64,000 nt of DNA from Mustelus asterias. Taxonomy: Eukaryota. Every line of letters starts with the position of its first letter. Position 1 is the first letter of the stretch. The notes beneath the pieces were generated by a model that did not search any database, was not told where the DNA came from, and saw only the letters and a program-made list of their open reading frames with translations. The stretch spans positions 1-64,000 of the forward strand of contig NW_027590142.1 of assembly GCF_964213995.1 (NCBI RefSeq), given 5' to 3'. Below are positions 62,201 through 64,000 of this stretch, piece after piece. A program made the translations under genes and the position numbers.

Positions 62201-62639
62201 GCACATTGGTTCTTCATCTTCTGTCCAAACGGAGGACGTCTGCCCCACACAAAGATGGACATCACTTAATTTCAGAGATATTTAAAATATTGCTTTTATC
62301 GCTTCAACCGTAACACCGCATAAAACGTCAATAAAACCGAAAGGACCTTGTCTACTCATTCAGCAACCAAAATTATAAGAATCCATTGTTAATAGGTTTC
62401 TCCACAGATGCCGCCAGGTCTGCTGAGTTTATCCAGTATTTTCAGTTTAAATTTCCCAATTCCAACATCCGCAGTATTTTACTTTTATTTCCTTCCCATT
62501 CTACCTCCAGTGCAACTGGATATCATGAGTAAAGCTACCACCAGGCTGATCCTTCCGGGTGGAACAGTGGTTAGCATTTACAGTGCTTGGGATCTGGATT
62601 TGATTCTTGCCTTGGGTGACTGTGCGGAGTCCACCCACT

Positions 62640-63755
62640 GTGGTTGACAGGGCTCTTGACTGTGTCCAACTCATGCCCCAGGCCACTGCTTGCACCCCCT
62701 CCCTCCTAGAAAGAGGACAGGGTTCCCACGTCCTCACGTTTTACCAGACCAGAGACCAGCCTCCGTGTTCAAAGTATCATCCTCCGCCATTGCTGCCAAT
62801 TCCAGCATGAAGCCACTCCTCAACACATCTTCACCTCACCCCTCACACCCAACAGCATTTCACGCGGAAGGTTGTCTCTGGGACAGCCTGGTCCACGCCT
62901 CCATCCCACCCAACATCCCATCCTCTGCCCACAGCATCTTCCCATGCAATGGTAGAGGGTGCAACACCTGCCCCCTTTACCTCCTCCCTGCTCACCATCC
63001 CAGGTCCTAAACACCCCTTTCAGGTGAAGCAGCGCTTCACATGCATCTCCTTCAGTCTAGTCTATTGCATTCGCTCCTCCCCATGAAGTCTACTCTCCTA
63101 CATTGGAGAGACCAAACACAAACTGGGTGATCGCTTTGCTGAACACCTTCAGTCCGCCTGCAAGCAGGACCCAGAACTTCCAGTTCTTGCCGCTTCAACA
63201 CAGCACCCTGCTCTCCTGTCCACATGTCCATCCTTGGCACTTTGCAATGTTCTAGTGAACCCCAACGCAAACTGGAGGGACAGCACCTCATCTTTTCATT
63301 GAACACTTTACAGCCTTCCAGACTAAACATTGAGTTCAACAACTTCAGAGCATGAACTCTCCCCTGCACGTTTATCCCCTTTCCATTTATTTCATTTCAT
63401 TCTGTTTCTTCTTTTCATCTCATTCACCCATTTTTATCATACTTCTTTCTCGCTTCCATTTTTCTATTTCTTGATTCCTGCTCTCCTTCTTGCCTCCCTC
63501 CCACGCACCCCCCGCCCCCCCCCCCCCAACACTCCTCTTTCAGGGCAACTGCCTTAACCACATTTACCTCTGCTCTGCCATTCTGATTGCTTAATGGACA
63601 TTTTTAGCATCTCTCTCAGCCGTCTTTATCCTAATTTGGATTCCCTTTGTCCACTTACAGCACCCGCCTTCCACCCATAATTTAAATCTTTTCTGCTTTT
63701 CTTTGCTCTTAGCTCTGACGAAGGGCCATCCAGACTTGTATTGTTGGCTAGTTAC
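62640..63755 (+). mobile_element. Penelope-like element 3' part: Cys-rich linker, GIY-YIG endonuclease, degenerate hammerhead
   Basis: CNGRGCNTCP...VYCI...LYIGETK...RFAEHL...LNIEFNNF; TAGCT-CTGACGA-A-GGGCC-ATCCA-GACTT...GGCTA at 63710-63750. Confidence 0.8.
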
Positions 63756-64000
63756 TCAATATTTGTTTTGTTATTCGATATTAAATATTAATACATGTAT
63801 TTAATACATACGTCTTCATTCTGAATTGAATATCTCGGGAATATGCAACATTGAATTGCAAACTTGACTGACCAATAAAAGAAATCGAGTCACTGGGTAA
63901 TACACATCCCATGGTGCCTATTTGAGACAGTCAGCTTTTAAACAATATCAAATATCTTTAAAGGGAAAAGATTTAATAATGATTTGCTAGTTATACTTGA

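Overview
Vertebrate genomic DNA, very probably a shark (inference from HE1-type tRNA SINEs and a heavy CR1/Rex/Tx1/Penelope load). Most of the window is a tandem cluster of single-exon C2H2 zinc-finger genes with no KRAB-like exon visible: two intact arrays, two open but truncated arrays and about five pseudogenes or fragments. They are built from a repeated promoter / mini-exon / intron / ZF-exon module and often sit head-to-head around CpG-rich promoters. In the middle (33.6-36.3 kb) is an isolated island of two convergent T-cell receptor alpha/delta-type V segments. Each has a split leader and a 23-bp-spacer RSS, one of them a perfect consensus. Two tRNA-Gln-derived genes lie between the RSSs, and a phased CRE array lies upstream of the second V. 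No J or C segment was seen. The right end carries a truncated EMC4 copy (exons 1-3). Also present: Penelope-like element remnants with minimal hammerhead ribozyme motifs, a near-intact 5'-truncated Tx1 LINE, a decayed copia element with LTR and PBS, a 5S rRNA pseudogene fused to a SINE, minisatellites and a 0.9-kb G-run tract. Repeat boundaries are approximate and read by eye; no searches were run.
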